Source: Planctomycetota bacterium (GTDB lineage Bacteria; Planctomycetota; Phycisphaerae; WQYP01). Taken from it: a DNA stretch of 64,000 nucleotides. Each line of letters starts with the position of its first letter. The first letter of the stretch is position 1. Below are positions 1 to 10,135 of this stretch, one piece after another. The stretch is taken from contig JAJZJL010000003.1 of NCBI GenBank assembly GCA_021810145.1, positions 7,218-71,217 of the forward strand. The letters run 5' to 3'. A program made the translations under genes and the position numbers. The notes under the pieces are model-generated. The model searched no databases. It was not told the origin of the DNA and saw nothing but the letters and a program-made list of their open reading frames with translations.

Positions 1-325
1 TGCATTGTGCGGCAAATTACCTTGATTTTTGCGGGCTTCGTGATCAGTGTGCGAATTGTCGCAATTTCCTGCCGGAGCCTGCCGGGCCGGATTCTGGGCC
101 GGTTGTTTTGGGTGTCGCGGCTACGGTGGGCTTGTTGCCGGGCGGTGGTCTGGGGGGTACCTGGAATAATTACCGGCGATGGCCGATACTCTGCGGTTCC
201 CCCGAGATTGTGTGTGACACCCGGCGCGGGGGTTGAGAAGGCTGCGGCCCGCCGAAATACGTCAAGTGCTTACTGACAGGCGAAAAATGGTTTTGCAATA
301 GCCAAGCTGGGAACAGCGGGGTAGA

Positions 326-1375
326 ATGACCGCCATGAACATTACACATGAAATATTCGGACACACCAAGGAAGCGCAACCGGTGGATATTTTTACGCTC
401 AGCAGCCCCGCCGGGCTGACGCTTAAGGTCTGCTCTTACGGGGCGACGATTACAGAATTGCATACGCCGGACCGCAAGGGTGACACGGCCGATGTAACAC
501 TGGGATTTGCGGCGCTCGGGCCATATCTGGGAGAGCATCCGTCGCTGGGCTGCGTGGTGGGCCGGGTGGCCAACCGCATTGCCAATGCCCGTTTTCGGCT
601 GAATAAAAAAGATTATCAGTTGTACGCCAATAATGGCGGACACAGCCTGCATGGCGGCAAGGTGGGTCTGGCTCGGAGAGTCTGGAAATCGCAGCAGATC
701 AAAGTTAACGGCGTTCCGGCCGTGGAATTTACCTACCACAGTCCGGATATGGAAGAGGGTTATCCCGGCACGGTGGATTTCAAGGCCATTTATCTGATGC
801 CGGATCATCACACCATTCGGCTGATTATGGAAGCCCGCACGGATTATCCGACACCAATTAACCTTACCAACCATGCCTATTTTAATTTTCATGGTGCCGG
901 CAATGGTAATATTCTGGATCATGAACTGACGATTCACGCGGATCATTACACGCCGGTGGATGCATCGCTGATTCCAACCGGGGAAATCCGATCGGTACAT
1001 GGAACGCCGCTGGATTTTACCCATCCGGCGGTCATTGGCTCTCGGATTGCGGACGTGCCGGGAGGGTATGATCATAATTTCGTTCTGCGGACCGGAGATG
1101 ATCCGTTGCACCCCGCGGCACGGTTGATTGAACCGACATCCGGCCGAGTCATGGAAGTATGGACAACACAGCCGGGCGTACAGCTTTATACGGGCAACTT
1201 TCTCAATGGCAAGGTAACGGGCATCGGCGGCGCGTATGAGAAGCATGGCGGGCTGTGCCTGGAGACGCAGCATTTTCCCAATGCGGTGCATCACGGACAT
1301 TTTCCATCGATTATTCTGCATCCTGGACAGCATTATCATCATATTGCCGAGTATCGATTTCCCAAGCCGGTGTGA
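326..1375 (+). CDS. galM: aldose 1-epimerase (galactose mutarotase)
   Basis: 349-aa ORF with ATG at 326. It has mutarotase-type blocks 'NNGGHSLHGG' and 'GLCLETQHFPNAVHH'. The longer antisense ORF 170..1585 has no recognisable content. Confidence 0.85.
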   Translation: MTAMNITHEIFGHTKEAQPVDIFTLSSPAGLTLKVCSYGATITELHTPDRKGDTADVTLGFAALGPYLGEHPSLGCVVGRVANRIANARFRLNKKDYQLYANNGGHSLHGGKVGLARRVWKSQQIKVNGVPAVEFTYHSPDMEEGYPGTVDFKAIYLMPDHHTIRLIMEARTDYPTPINLTNHAYFNFHGAGNGNILDHELTIHADHYTPVDASLIPTGEIRSVHGTPLDFTHPAVIGSRIADVPGGYDHNFVLRTGDDPLHPAARLIEPTSGRVMEVWTTQPGVQLYTGNFLNGKVTGIGGAYEKHGGLCLETQHFPNAVHHGHFPSIILHPGQHYHHIAEYRFPKPV

Positions 1376-1445
1376 TAACCGCAGAATCTCGTAAAGAGAG
1401 TATCGAAGATGGAATTGAATTTGACGCTTTGATGGGAGCAACGGA

Positions 1446-2051
1446 ATGAAAAAATGTGCAGTAAAGCCAGCGGCCATCGCATTGACGGCGTTGATTCTGG
1501 CGGCGGCGGGTATGGCGGGGTGGCAGGCACGCACGCAGGCGGAAGCGGTGAAAGCTGCCGCAGCTCCGGTGCTTTCTTTTACCATGCCGTCGCTGGCGGG
1601 AAGAAACGTGCATTTAAGCCGCTATCAGGGCAAGGTTATTCTGATGGTCAACACGGCCAGCAAATGCGGTTTTACGCCCCAATATGCGGGACTTGAAGCA
1701 CTCTATAAACGGTTCAAATCAAAGGGATTTGTGATTCTGGGTTTTCCATCCAATGATTTCGGCCACCAGGAACCGGGAACGGATAAACAAATCAGCATCT
1801 TTTGCACGTCGCATTATGGCGTGACGTTTCCAATGTTTTCCAAGGTGGATGTGAAGGGGCCGCACCAGTGCGCGTTGTATCATTATCTTACCGGTCGCAA
1901 GACCGATCCACGGTTTGCCGGGGTGGTGAAATGGAATTTTGAAAAATTTCTGATTTCACGCAAGGGCAAGATTGTGGCGCGGTTCCGATCGCCGATTACC
2001 CCGGAATCGGCCATTCTGGTTCACGCGGTTGAAACGCAATTAGCGCAATAA
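1446..2051 (+). CDS. glutathione peroxidase family protein with N-terminal signal/anchor (Cys-type, not Sec)
   Basis: GPx signatures 'NTASKCGFTPQY', 'LGFPSNDFGHQEPG' and 'KWNFEKFL'. The N-terminus 'AAIALTALILAAAG' is hydrophobic. Confidence 0.85.
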   Translation: MKKCAVKPAAIALTALILAAAGMAGWQARTQAEAVKAAAAPVLSFTMPSLAGRNVHLSRYQGKVILMVNTASKCGFTPQYAGLEALYKRFKSKGFVILGFPSNDFGHQEPGTDKQISIFCTSHYGVTFPMFSKVDVKGPHQCALYHYLTGRKTDPRFAGVVKWNFEKFLISRKGKIVARFRSPITPESAILVHAVETQLAQ

Positions 2052-2071
2052 TCGGGTATGATGCCCCCGCG

Positions 2072-3301
2072 ATGATCCAATTGTTTTTTGCACATTGGTA
2101 TACGGTTTTCTTTGCACTGCTCTGGGGCACCGCATTGCTGATTGCCGCATGGGCGGCGCGGGTGGCGCAATTTTTCCATTTGCGGATGCCGCGCGTGGTG
2201 GCGCAGCCGCTGGCCGCGAAATTTCCCATGGTAGCGGTAATAGCGCCGATCAAAGGCGTGGACGCCAATACGCAAGAGAATATCGCGGCGCTGTTAAATC
2301 AGGATTATCCCCATTATCGGGTTATTTTTGCCGTGGAATCAGCGGATGACCCGGTATGCGCGGTTATTGCCGCGGTGCAGGCGAACCAACCCGCGAATCG
2401 TATTGAACTGGTTGTGGCCGGAGCCGCCACTTCGCGTGGTCAGAAGGTACATAATCAACTGGCTGGCGTGGAGAGAACAACATCGGACGATATTTTTCTG
2501 GCGTTCATGGATGCCGATGCCCACCCCGCTTCAAACTGGCTGCATGCCCTGGTTTCCATGCTCAATTCGCACCATATTGGCGCCACCACCGGATACCGCT
2601 TTTATGTGCCAAGCAACAATCATCCAGCCAATGCCATTATCTGCGTGCTCAATGCCATGGTTGGAACGCTGTTAGGCCCCTACCGGCGCACGGTGGCATG
2701 GGGCGGATCGATGGCGATTCGGCGGCGGGATTTCTTTGAATTTGGCGTACAGGATGCCTGGCAGGGGGCATTAAGTGACGATTATGTATTAACCTGGTGC
2801 GTAAAAAAAAATGCGCGTACAAAAATTCATTTTGTGCCGCAGTGTATTGTGGCTTCGCAGGCGGCATTTGACTGGCCGAAAGCATGGGAGTTTGCGGTTC
2901 GGCAGTATCGGATCACACGGGTGTGCGCGGGGCGACTCTGGTTAACCGGACTGGCCGGAGCCGCACTTTATATTTCCGCGCTGATATCGGCACCTGTTGC
3001 GGCGGTTGTGTTGGGGGTCATGGGATCGGGATGGTTCTTCGTTCCGCTGGTGGTATTTCTGGGTTTGTATGGCCTGTCGATTTTTCGAGGATGGAAGGTA
3101 CTGCAAGCGGCTCGACGATTATTGCCCGATCATACCGCGGCGATTAATCAGGCAACATTCTGGTTCACTTGGGGAATGCCGGCCGTACATGCGGTAAATG
3201 CGGTGTTTTTAATAGCGGCCGCCTTTGGCAGAATGATTACCTGGCGCGGCATACGCTATGAGATGAAGTCCCGCACGGAGACGGTGGTACTTCCGAAGTG
3301 A
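2072..3301 (+). CDS. family 2 glycosyltransferase, ceramide-glucosyltransferase/HpnI-like (GT21-type), membrane-bound
   Basis: N-terminal TM segment, 'VIAPIKGVD...NQDYPHYRVIFAVES', a 'FMDADA' DxD-like motif, 'RQYRITR' resembling the (Q/R)xxRW motif, and C-terminal TM helices. Confidence 0.6.
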   Translation: MIQLFFAHWYTVFFALLWGTALLIAAWAARVAQFFHLRMPRVVAQPLAAKFPMVAVIAPIKGVDANTQENIAALLNQDYPHYRVIFAVESADDPVCAVIAAVQANQPANRIELVVAGAATSRGQKVHNQLAGVERTTSDDIFLAFMDADAHPASNWLHALVSMLNSHHIGATTGYRFYVPSNNHPANAIICVLNAMVGTLLGPYRRTVAWGGSMAIRRRDFFEFGVQDAWQGALSDDYVLTWCVKKNARTKIHFVPQCIVASQAAFDWPKAWEFAVRQYRITRVCAGRLWLTGLAGAALYISALISAPVAAVVLGVMGSGWFFVPLVVFLGLYGLSIFRGWKVLQAARRLLPDHTAAINQATFWFTWGMPAVHAVNAVFLIAAAFGRMITWRGIRYEMKSRTETVVLPK

Positions 3302-3443
3302 AAATTCGATAACACACGGGGGAAGAGTGCTTTGAAATTTGGAATTCGCCATGCGGACGGGCTGCCGTTGGAATGGTATGCGGTCATATCGGGGTGAGGA
3401 ATTTGACGCATTGCGGCCGAGAAGAGACATTTGCCAACGGGAA

Positions 3444-3650
3444 GATTGAATTTGAGATTTGAGATTTGAGATTTGAGATTTGAGATTTGAGATTTCAAAT
3501 CTGAGGTTGGAGATTGGAAATCTGAAATCTGAAATCTGAGATTTGAGATTTCAAATTGGAGCTTTGGGATTTGGGATTTCAAATTTCAAATTTTAGATTT
3601 TAGATTTTAGATTTTGGATTTTGGATTTGGATTTCAGATCGGGATTTGAT
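3444..3650. repeat. degenerate 7-bp tandem repeat (microsatellite) with an internally inverted block
   Basis: Six perfect GAGATTT units at 3454-3495. These are followed by opposite-orientation AAATCTG units around 3496-3540, then forward variants (GGGATTT, TAGATTT x3, TGGATTT). It lies between convergent genes ending at 3301 (+) and 3849 (-). Confidence 0.9.
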
Positions 3651-3848
3651 GTCTTGTATTTGAGGCGGCGGAGTGGTTCGCGAGCGTTCTGCCGCGGGCA
3701 ATATATATATCAATGCATGCGGTAAATTATCTGCCATTATTTATGAGAACGGAGGTGGAGATCCGATTTCGAATCGGAACCATTCCATCTGAAATCTGGA
3801 TTGTGACACTTCAGACCGGTTCCCGCTCTATTTCGTTTTCGCCGGGAT

Positions 3849-5576
3849 TTATTCTTTCGGCAGCGGCAGACTCAAGGATGAATTTGACTTCAGTGCGGTC
3901 TCCGCGCTGGCGGCAGCAGCCTTGATTGCGGCGGCACGGACGGACGGATCGGTTGAAATACCGGCGACCGAAAGATCCACGTTATACATCATGGCAGGCA
4001 CAATCCACGGCAAAGGTGACGCCTGCATGGGCATACTGCCCTGAGCCTGTTTCAAAGCGCCGGCGGCATGAACGTTAAATTCCACCATCGCCTGCTTGCG
4101 GAAATTTTCCACCGCACCGGCGGGAGGCTCCTGCAACGGTGAATTCTCGCTTACCAGAGAAAAAATCTGTTTGCCGGCTTTTGCAGCCCCCTGCTGAAGC
4201 TGTGCGGCGTACATTCGCATGGCGGCAATTTGTCCGGCTTTCAAGGCGGCCGCCGCACGATACACTTCCAGGATACATTGCGGCGCGCGACTCTGATTGG
4301 CGACCACCAGCGGATCGCCGGGCTTTAATCCGGAGGTGATCAGGCTTTGAGCATAAGTAGTGCTGCGGCGCTGTTCATTCAGGGCCGCCATGAGATCACT
4401 GGAAGCCGCATCGGTATATTTTGCGGCAAGAGCGGCCTGCTTATCAATTGTTTTAAGCAATGCATTAATCGAGGCGGCCCGTCCGGCGGCGGAGGTTGAA
4501 GATTTTCCGTTGGCACCGTCAATGAGCACGGTAACACCGGCCTTGAGCGCGGCAATTTGAGCGCTGTCGCTTTGGGCAAATTCGGCCGCCGATTTCTGAG
4601 CCTGCCGCAGGGCTGCAACCTGATTGGCCCATCTAACTTGTTCAAGTTTGGCTGAATCCAGCGCCATGGTCGCCATCTGATAATGTGCTTCCAGGACGGT
4701 GGCACGCTGATGGGCGGCGGCGGCACGATTAAGATAGCCCGCTCCGCGCTTGAAATCCACCAGCGTTGCGGGCGTTACGGTTACTTCACCGCGGGACTGC
4801 AGCCCCATGCCTTTAATATCCAATGCTTTGGCGATTCCCCGGTAGTGTGCCAATACGCGGCCCACTGCGGTAGCTTTCTTCCGGGCCGTTGCCACAGCAT
4901 GTTCCGCGGAACTTTCCATGCGTTGGGCATGTTGCAGTTCCTGATCATACAAATGCAGATACAGATCGTGCTGTTTTTTCAGAAACGCTATTTTTGCGGC
5001 AAATTGGCCCACCTGTGTGGATGCGGCATCTACCGATAAAACTTGATTCTGCAGGGCCATCAGGGCATTGGATAATTGATCGGTGTGGACTTGCGCGGCG
5101 GCCAAATTGACCAGCCCGCGCTGCATCTCAAGCAGACCCTTGACCTGAAAATTCAAATCTGAATTTCCCAGCGCACTGGAGAGCGTGGCGTACGCATGGC
5201 GTAAATCACGGGTAACGGACGGCGGCTGAATATAAGCACCAGGATTACCGTTGGCGGCGTCCTTGGCGGCAATTAATTGCTCGGAGTTCAGTGGCGCACT
5301 GATTGCAACCGGAAAATGAGACTTGGCGTGATAACGTCCCGCTTCCGCAAGAAGCATGGAGGCTTTGGATGATGCCGCCTGAGCCTCCACATCCGCGTGA
5401 TGCGATGGCGACGCACCGCAACCGGTTAATGCAGCGCTGGCCGCGAATGCAGCGGCCAGACCAATCGCCCGCACGGCATTGCTCCACCGGCCAATGCCAG
5501 TCAATGCATTTGCTTGAGCCTTGGAAACCTTAAGAACGGGGCGTTGTGTTATAGAAATCACGTCAACTCCTGCCAT
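3849..5576 (-). CDS. hypothetical Ala/Gln-rich coiled-coil lipoprotein
   Basis: 575-aa ORF with a single ATG. The lipobox-like 'AALTGC' follows a hydrophobic segment, and the composition is long helical and Ala/Gln-rich. No family was recognised. Confidence 0.5.
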   Translation of the reverse strand: MAGVDVISITQRPVLKVSKAQANALTGIGRWSNAVRAIGLAAAFAASAALTGCGASPSHHADVEAQAASSKASMLLAEAGRYHAKSHFPVAISAPLNSEQLIAAKDAANGNPGAYIQPPSVTRDLRHAYATLSSALGNSDLNFQVKGLLEMQRGLVNLAAAQVHTDQLSNALMALQNQVLSVDAASTQVGQFAAKIAFLKKQHDLYLHLYDQELQHAQRMESSAEHAVATARKKATAVGRVLAHYRGIAKALDIKGMGLQSRGEVTVTPATLVDFKRGAGYLNRAAAAHQRATVLEAHYQMATMALDSAKLEQVRWANQVAALRQAQKSAAEFAQSDSAQIAALKAGVTVLIDGANGKSSTSAAGRAASINALLKTIDKQAALAAKYTDAASSDLMAALNEQRRSTTYAQSLITSGLKPGDPLVVANQSRAPQCILEVYRAAAALKAGQIAAMRMYAAQLQQGAAKAGKQIFSLVSENSPLQEPPAGAVENFRKQAMVEFNVHAAGALKQAQGSMPMQASPLPWIVPAMMYNVDLSVAGISTDPSVRAAAIKAAAASAETALKSNSSLSLPLPKE

Positions 5577-5966
5577 AGCTCAACTGCCACCCTGTCGAAA
5601 ATCAACCGTTTTTGTACCACCACAACGCCGTGGCGTCAACTTAAAACGGAAAATTAATGCCGCTTGGGTACAGGCCATTTCACGCGCTGGGCAAACGACC
5701 GCGGGTTTTCATCCCGATGGCCATCGGGGCTGACCGGAAAACAACATGATCCGCGCAGCGGCGACGGCAACCGGGATGGAAAGGCCTGGAGCTTGCGTTT
5801 TAGCGGAACCGATAGGTTCGGGGAATTTCCATAAACTCGCATTTTTTCAGGTTTGTGGGTTTTTGGGCAGACAAACGGGCGGATGGATGAACATCAGTAA
5901 GTGCAAAAGCCGCTTGTGTGCTTTATCGCCGGTCATTTCCATGGGAGATTCAAGGTTATGTCCGTT

Positions 5967-6677
5967 TCAGTCCGGCGGCGTGTAAAAGCGATAACCGACA
6001 CCGGTTTCAGTATGAATGTATTTGGGCTGGGACTGGTCAGGCTCAATTTTTTTGCGAAGTTGATTCATGTACACGCGCACATAATGCGTTTCAAAGCCGT
6101 AGCCGGCCCCCCATGTTTCCTTGAGGAGTTGCTTGTGGGTCATAACCTTACCGGCGTTCCGCAGCAGTACCAGCAGCAGACGATACTCGTGCGGCGTTAG
6201 ATGCACCACATTGCCGGCCACGGTAACTTCGCGCGAATCCAGATTCATGCTGATATCGCCCACAGTCAATACGCCACGATCCGGCTGGTGGGTACTTGCC
6301 GCCCGGCGCAAAGCAACACGCAGACGCGCCAGCAGCTCACCCACGCCGAAGGGTTTGGTGAGATAATCGTCCGCCCCCGCATCCAGTGCATCAATTTTCC
6401 CGCGTTCCTGTCCACGCGCGGAAACAATTATGATCGGCAGGTGCGAAAGTTGCCGAATATCTTTGATTAATGTCAAACCATCGCGGTCCGGCAGGCCCAG
6501 ATCGAGAATAATCGCATCAGGCGAATTCTGGCCGAACAGCCGCATACCCTCCGCCGCCGTGGCGGCTTCGAGTATACGGTAATTCTGGCCTTCCAATGCG
6601 ATATGCAAAAACCGCCGAATCGGCGGATCATCTTCAATAACCAGAATCAACGCACCTGCTGCCACCATAAACGCCAT
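5967..6677 (-). CDS. kdpE: KDP operon response regulator KdpE (OmpR family)
   Basis: Receiver domain 'LILVIEDD...DLGLPDRDG' and winged-helix C-terminus '...TETGVGYRF'. It lies directly downstream of kdpD. The track ORF starts at a TTG (6704); the ATGs at 6677 and 6668 are more likely starts. Confidence 0.85.
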   Translation of the reverse strand: MAFMVAAGALILVIEDDPPIRRFLHIALEGQNYRILEAATAAEGMRLFGQNSPDAIILDLGLPDRDGLTLIKDIRQLSHLPIIIVSARGQERGKIDALDAGADDYLTKPFGVGELLARLRVALRRAASTHQPDRGVLTVGDISMNLDSREVTVAGNVVHLTPHEYRLLLVLLRNAGKVMTHKQLLKETWGAGYGFETHYVRVYMNQLRKKIEPDQSQPKYIHTETGVGYRFYTPPD

Positions 6678-6700
6678 CACACCGTCCCAACGCGGATTCG

Positions 6701-9370
6701 TCAACCTTCAGATGCGGGCAGTGTTACCTGAAATTCGGCACCGCCGCCGTCGCGGTTGCGCGCGGTGATCGTTCCGTGGTGAAGTTGGACAATAGCGCGG
6801 CAAATGGCCAGACCAAGCCCGAGACCGGGTCGCAGCGGGGAGGCCGATCCGCGAAAAAACTTCTCAAATATTCTTTGCGTGTCATGCACGGGAAGGCCCG
6901 GACCGCGGTCCATCACGCGAATAAGCACGGAATCGGCGCGGGCGACGGCGTTGATTTCAATGGGCGTTGGAGCGTCAGCGTGTTCGAGCGCGTTTTCAAT
7001 AAGATTCGAGAGAACTTGTTCAATAAGAACCGGGTCACCGGGAACAGACGGAAGCCCATCGGGGATAAGAACCTGAAATTCACGGTGCTGGGGATTATTT
7101 CGCCAACGCCCGACAGCCGAGATAATAACTTCGCGAACGTCCACGAGAACTTTTTGAACAACCGGATTTTCGGATTCCAAACGGGTCATTTCCAGGAGTT
7201 TGCCAATGAGTCCCTCCATGCGTTGTGATTCATGAGAAATGGTTGCCAGCAGTTCCTCCCGGGTATCGGCGGGCATGGACGCCCCGGCTTGAAGGATGCT
7301 GGTAGCCGAGCCGGTAATAGCAGCCAGCGGCGTGCGGAGATCATGGGAAACGGCGGATAAAAGAGTGTTACGCAGCATTTCAAGTTCGGTGCGTTCCCAG
7401 GCCCGGTGGGATTCCTCGGAAAGCATCATGCGCTCAAGCGCCACGGCAATTTGAGCGGTGAAGGCTTCAAGCGTGCGCCATTCATCCGGCTGGCTGAACT
7501 GGGCATTTTCAGTGGGCACGAGACACAAGGCACCGAGCGTGGATTTCACACCTTTCAAAGGCAGATAAACAGCTTTGGCGGAGGGCAAAGTGGAGGTGCC
7601 GGAACCGGCTTTTTCACCATGGCGGATAACCCAGTCCGCCACGCCGAGTTCCTTGTCATCCAGCGTCAATTCAGGTGAACCATGCACCAACGCGGGGTGG
7701 CCCGAAGCATCCGGCAGAATCACGCCGGCCGAGGAAGCGAAGAATTCCGCGATATGCCCGATGGAAACATGCAGCAGCGCGTTATGATCCGGGCAGAGAA
7801 TTAAATCCCGGCTTAAGCGCAACAACGATTCGGTGCGCTGCTCGCGCGAGCGGGACAGCCGCTCCAAGGCCCGCAGCCGGGCTGTCAGCGTGCTGATATA
7901 GACGCCGGTACCGAGCATTGCGGCAAAGGTGAGAAGATACTGGGTGTCGGAAATGGCAAAGGAGTAATAGGGCTTTACCACGGTAAAATCGAATGCGGCG
8001 ACACTGAGTACGGCGGTTAAAATGCCGGAGAAGCGGCTGTGGCGGGCGGATATCCAGATCACGCCGAGCAGATAAAACATGATGACGTTGATATCGGATA
8101 ATCCGAGATAGTGATAAAGAAAAACGCCCAACGCCGTATTGAAGGCCACAACCGCCAGCGCCCAGGCGACTCCAAGGTGATCGGAGAATCTGGATTTGGG
8201 CGGAATTGAGACGGTTTGTTCCTCGGCGTCTTCCCGGATTAATTCGAGATGAATATCACCGCTGCGCAGAATCAGGCGGTCCACAAAAGATCTTCGCAAC
8301 CAGCGCCGCCAGCCTTTTTCCGCCGGCTTTCCAACAATGATCCGAGCCACATGCCGTGATTTGGCATAAGCGATGATTTCCTGATCGGGGTGCAATCCTG
8401 AAAGCGTGACGGCTTCACCGCCGAGTTGCTCGGCCAAATTAAGTGTACGCGCCACACGCTGGCGATCAGCATCTGATATGCCCGGTGATTTTGCGGTTTC
8501 AACGTAGACGGCAATCCAGGGCGCTTTCCAGGCGGCGGCCATGCGCGCCGCCGTGCGTACCAAATTGGCGGAAAAAGGCCCGGGGCCAACGCAAACGAGA
8601 ATGCGTTCCGACACCGCGGCGGCCTGGGGAACGGTCGAACCCTGCCGGAGGGTATCAATTTCCCGATTGATGCGATCGGCGGTGCGGCGCAGGGCCAGTT
8701 CGCGCAGGGCAAGCAAATTGCCGATACTGAAAAAATGCCGCAATGCGGTGACAGCACGATCAGGCGCGTAAATTTTTCCCTCCTGCAGCCGTTCGATGAG
8801 CTTTTCCGGCGGCAAGTCCACGAGCTGCACTTCATCAGCGCTTTGAAACACGGAATCGGGCAGTGTCTCCTGAACTTTTACGCCCGTAGCGCGTTGCACA
8901 ATATCATTGACGGATTCAAGATGCTGCACATTCAGCGTTGTGTATACATCAATTCCGGCCGCGAGGAGTTCGGCAACATCCTGCCAGCGTTTGGCGTGCC
9001 GCATACCCGGAGCGTTGGTATGGGCGAGTTCATCAACCAAAATAAGTTCCGGAACCCTGCTCAAGGCGGCATCAAGGTCGAATTCCTTAAGTGTTGCTCC
9101 ACGATATTCCACCATTTTGTAGGGAAGAATATCCAGTCCCAGAAGCAGTGATTCGGTCTCCGGCCGGATATGCGGCTCAGCGTATCCGACCAGTACGCGC
9201 ACACCGTCTATGGCCCGCCGCTGGGCTTCCTCCAGCATGGCATAGGTTTTTCCCACACCCGCACAGGCCCCGAAAAAAATTTTCAGCTTACCGCGGCGCA
9301 GCGATTCTTCGTGTTTTGTAACTTGTCGCAGCAGTTCATCAGGATTGGGTCTCTGCGGTTGTTCCATCAT
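6701..9370 (-). CDS. kdpD: sensor histidine kinase KdpD
   Basis: N-terminal KdpD P-loop 'GACAGVGKTY', a Usp-like region, four hydrophobic helices, H-box 'SAVSHDLRTPL' and an ATPase domain 'DRGPGLP...GLGLGLAICR'. The track start 9376 is GTG; tandem ATGs lie at 9370 and 9367. Confidence 0.9.
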   Translation of the reverse strand: MMEQPQRPNPDELLRQVTKHEESLRRGKLKIFFGACAGVGKTYAMLEEAQRRAIDGVRVLVGYAEPHIRPETESLLLGLDILPYKMVEYRGATLKEFDLDAALSRVPELILVDELAHTNAPGMRHAKRWQDVAELLAAGIDVYTTLNVQHLESVNDIVQRATGVKVQETLPDSVFQSADEVQLVDLPPEKLIERLQEGKIYAPDRAVTALRHFFSIGNLLALRELALRRTADRINREIDTLRQGSTVPQAAAVSERILVCVGPGPFSANLVRTAARMAAAWKAPWIAVYVETAKSPGISDADRQRVARTLNLAEQLGGEAVTLSGLHPDQEIIAYAKSRHVARIIVGKPAEKGWRRWLRRSFVDRLILRSGDIHLELIREDAEEQTVSIPPKSRFSDHLGVAWALAVVAFNTALGVFLYHYLGLSDINVIMFYLLGVIWISARHSRFSGILTAVLSVAAFDFTVVKPYYSFAISDTQYLLTFAAMLGTGVYISTLTARLRALERLSRSREQRTESLLRLSRDLILCPDHNALLHVSIGHIAEFFASSAGVILPDASGHPALVHGSPELTLDDKELGVADWVIRHGEKAGSGTSTLPSAKAVYLPLKGVKSTLGALCLVPTENAQFSQPDEWRTLEAFTAQIAVALERMMLSEESHRAWERTELEMLRNTLLSAVSHDLRTPLAAITGSATSILQAGASMPADTREELLATISHESQRMEGLIGKLLEMTRLESENPVVQKVLVDVREVIISAVGRWRNNPQHREFQVLIPDGLPSVPGDPVLIEQVLSNLIENALEHADAPTPIEINAVARADSVLIRVMDRGPGLPVHDTQRIFEKFFRGSASPLRPGLGLGLAICRAIVQLHHGTITARNRDGGGAEFQVTLPASEG

Positions 9371-9481
9371 ATCCACCGATTCTGGCTCTTGCGATCAACA
9401 TTTCCGGGAATTATAACCGGCACGCACGGCCAATGGCCGCCGATTTCCTCCCGCGATTCGGCGCGCGTGCCGGCAGGAATC

Positions 9482-10108
9482 TTACCGAGGCTTAGAGCCG
9501 GTCGCGGCCTGAGCCGATGATAATCGATCTAGCGCCAGATTAAGCGAAAGCACATTAACGCGCGGCGCACCGAGAATACCGAGGTCGCGCCCCTGACAGT
9601 ACTGTTTTACCAGGTTTTTGACTTCCGCAACGGGCAAACCGCGAGCCTTGGCCACACGATTGACTTGATAGAATGCGGCCGCGGGGCTGATGTCCGGATC
9701 CAGTCCGCTGGCACTGGAGGTTACCAGGTCCACCGGAACCGGCCCTTTTTCAGCAGGATCAGCCGCCCGAAGCAGTTCAACGCGACGTTTGACATGCGCG
9801 AACAAGGCGGGGTTGGAAGGTCCTGAATTGGAGGCTGTTGCACAATCAGCCAGCGGGCCATTGTAGGAGCAATAGGGCACTGGCGCGGTGGCCGATGGCC
9901 GGGGCCAGAAATACCCGGGTTCGGAAAAATATTGCCCGATCAAGCGCGAACCGATGGCTTGCCCGGCGCTGTTTTTTATAATGCTGCCATTGGCCTGCCA
10001 GGGAAAAGCCACGGCGGCAATTCCGGTAACAAGCAGGGGATAGGCCAACCCGGTAATCGCGGACAGAACGACAAAGACAACAACTGCGGGACGGCATTGT
10101 GACCACAT
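9482..10108 (-). CDS. kdpC: K+-transporting ATPase subunit KdpC
   Basis: 208 aa with an N-terminal TM segment and the 'SGLDPDISPAAA' KdpC block. It sits between kdpB and kdpD. Confidence 0.9.
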   Translation of the reverse strand: MWSQCRPAVVVFVVLSAITGLAYPLLVTGIAAVAFPWQANGSIIKNSAGQAIGSRLIGQYFSEPGYFWPRPSATAPVPYCSYNGPLADCATASNSGPSNPALFAHVKRRVELLRAADPAEKGPVPVDLVTSSASGLDPDISPAAAFYQVNRVAKARGLPVAEVKNLVKQYCQGRDLGILGAPRVNVLSLNLALDRLSSAQAATGSKPR

Positions 10109-10135
10109 ACAATTTGTTCCTTTCCAAACAAAGGG

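Noticed and set aside
170-1585. 471-aa ORF on the minus strand, longer than galM
   Set aside because: It is entirely antisense to a clearly recognisable aldose 1-epimerase. Its His/Arg/Ile-rich translation has no motifs. This is the typical shadow ORF of a GC-biased coding region.
3256-3582. 108-aa ORF with 'SQISNLK' repeats; also considered as a CRISPR-like array
   Set aside because: It is simply the translation of the 7-bp microsatellite. The 7-bp period with no spacers is incompatible with CRISPR, and no cas genes are in the window.
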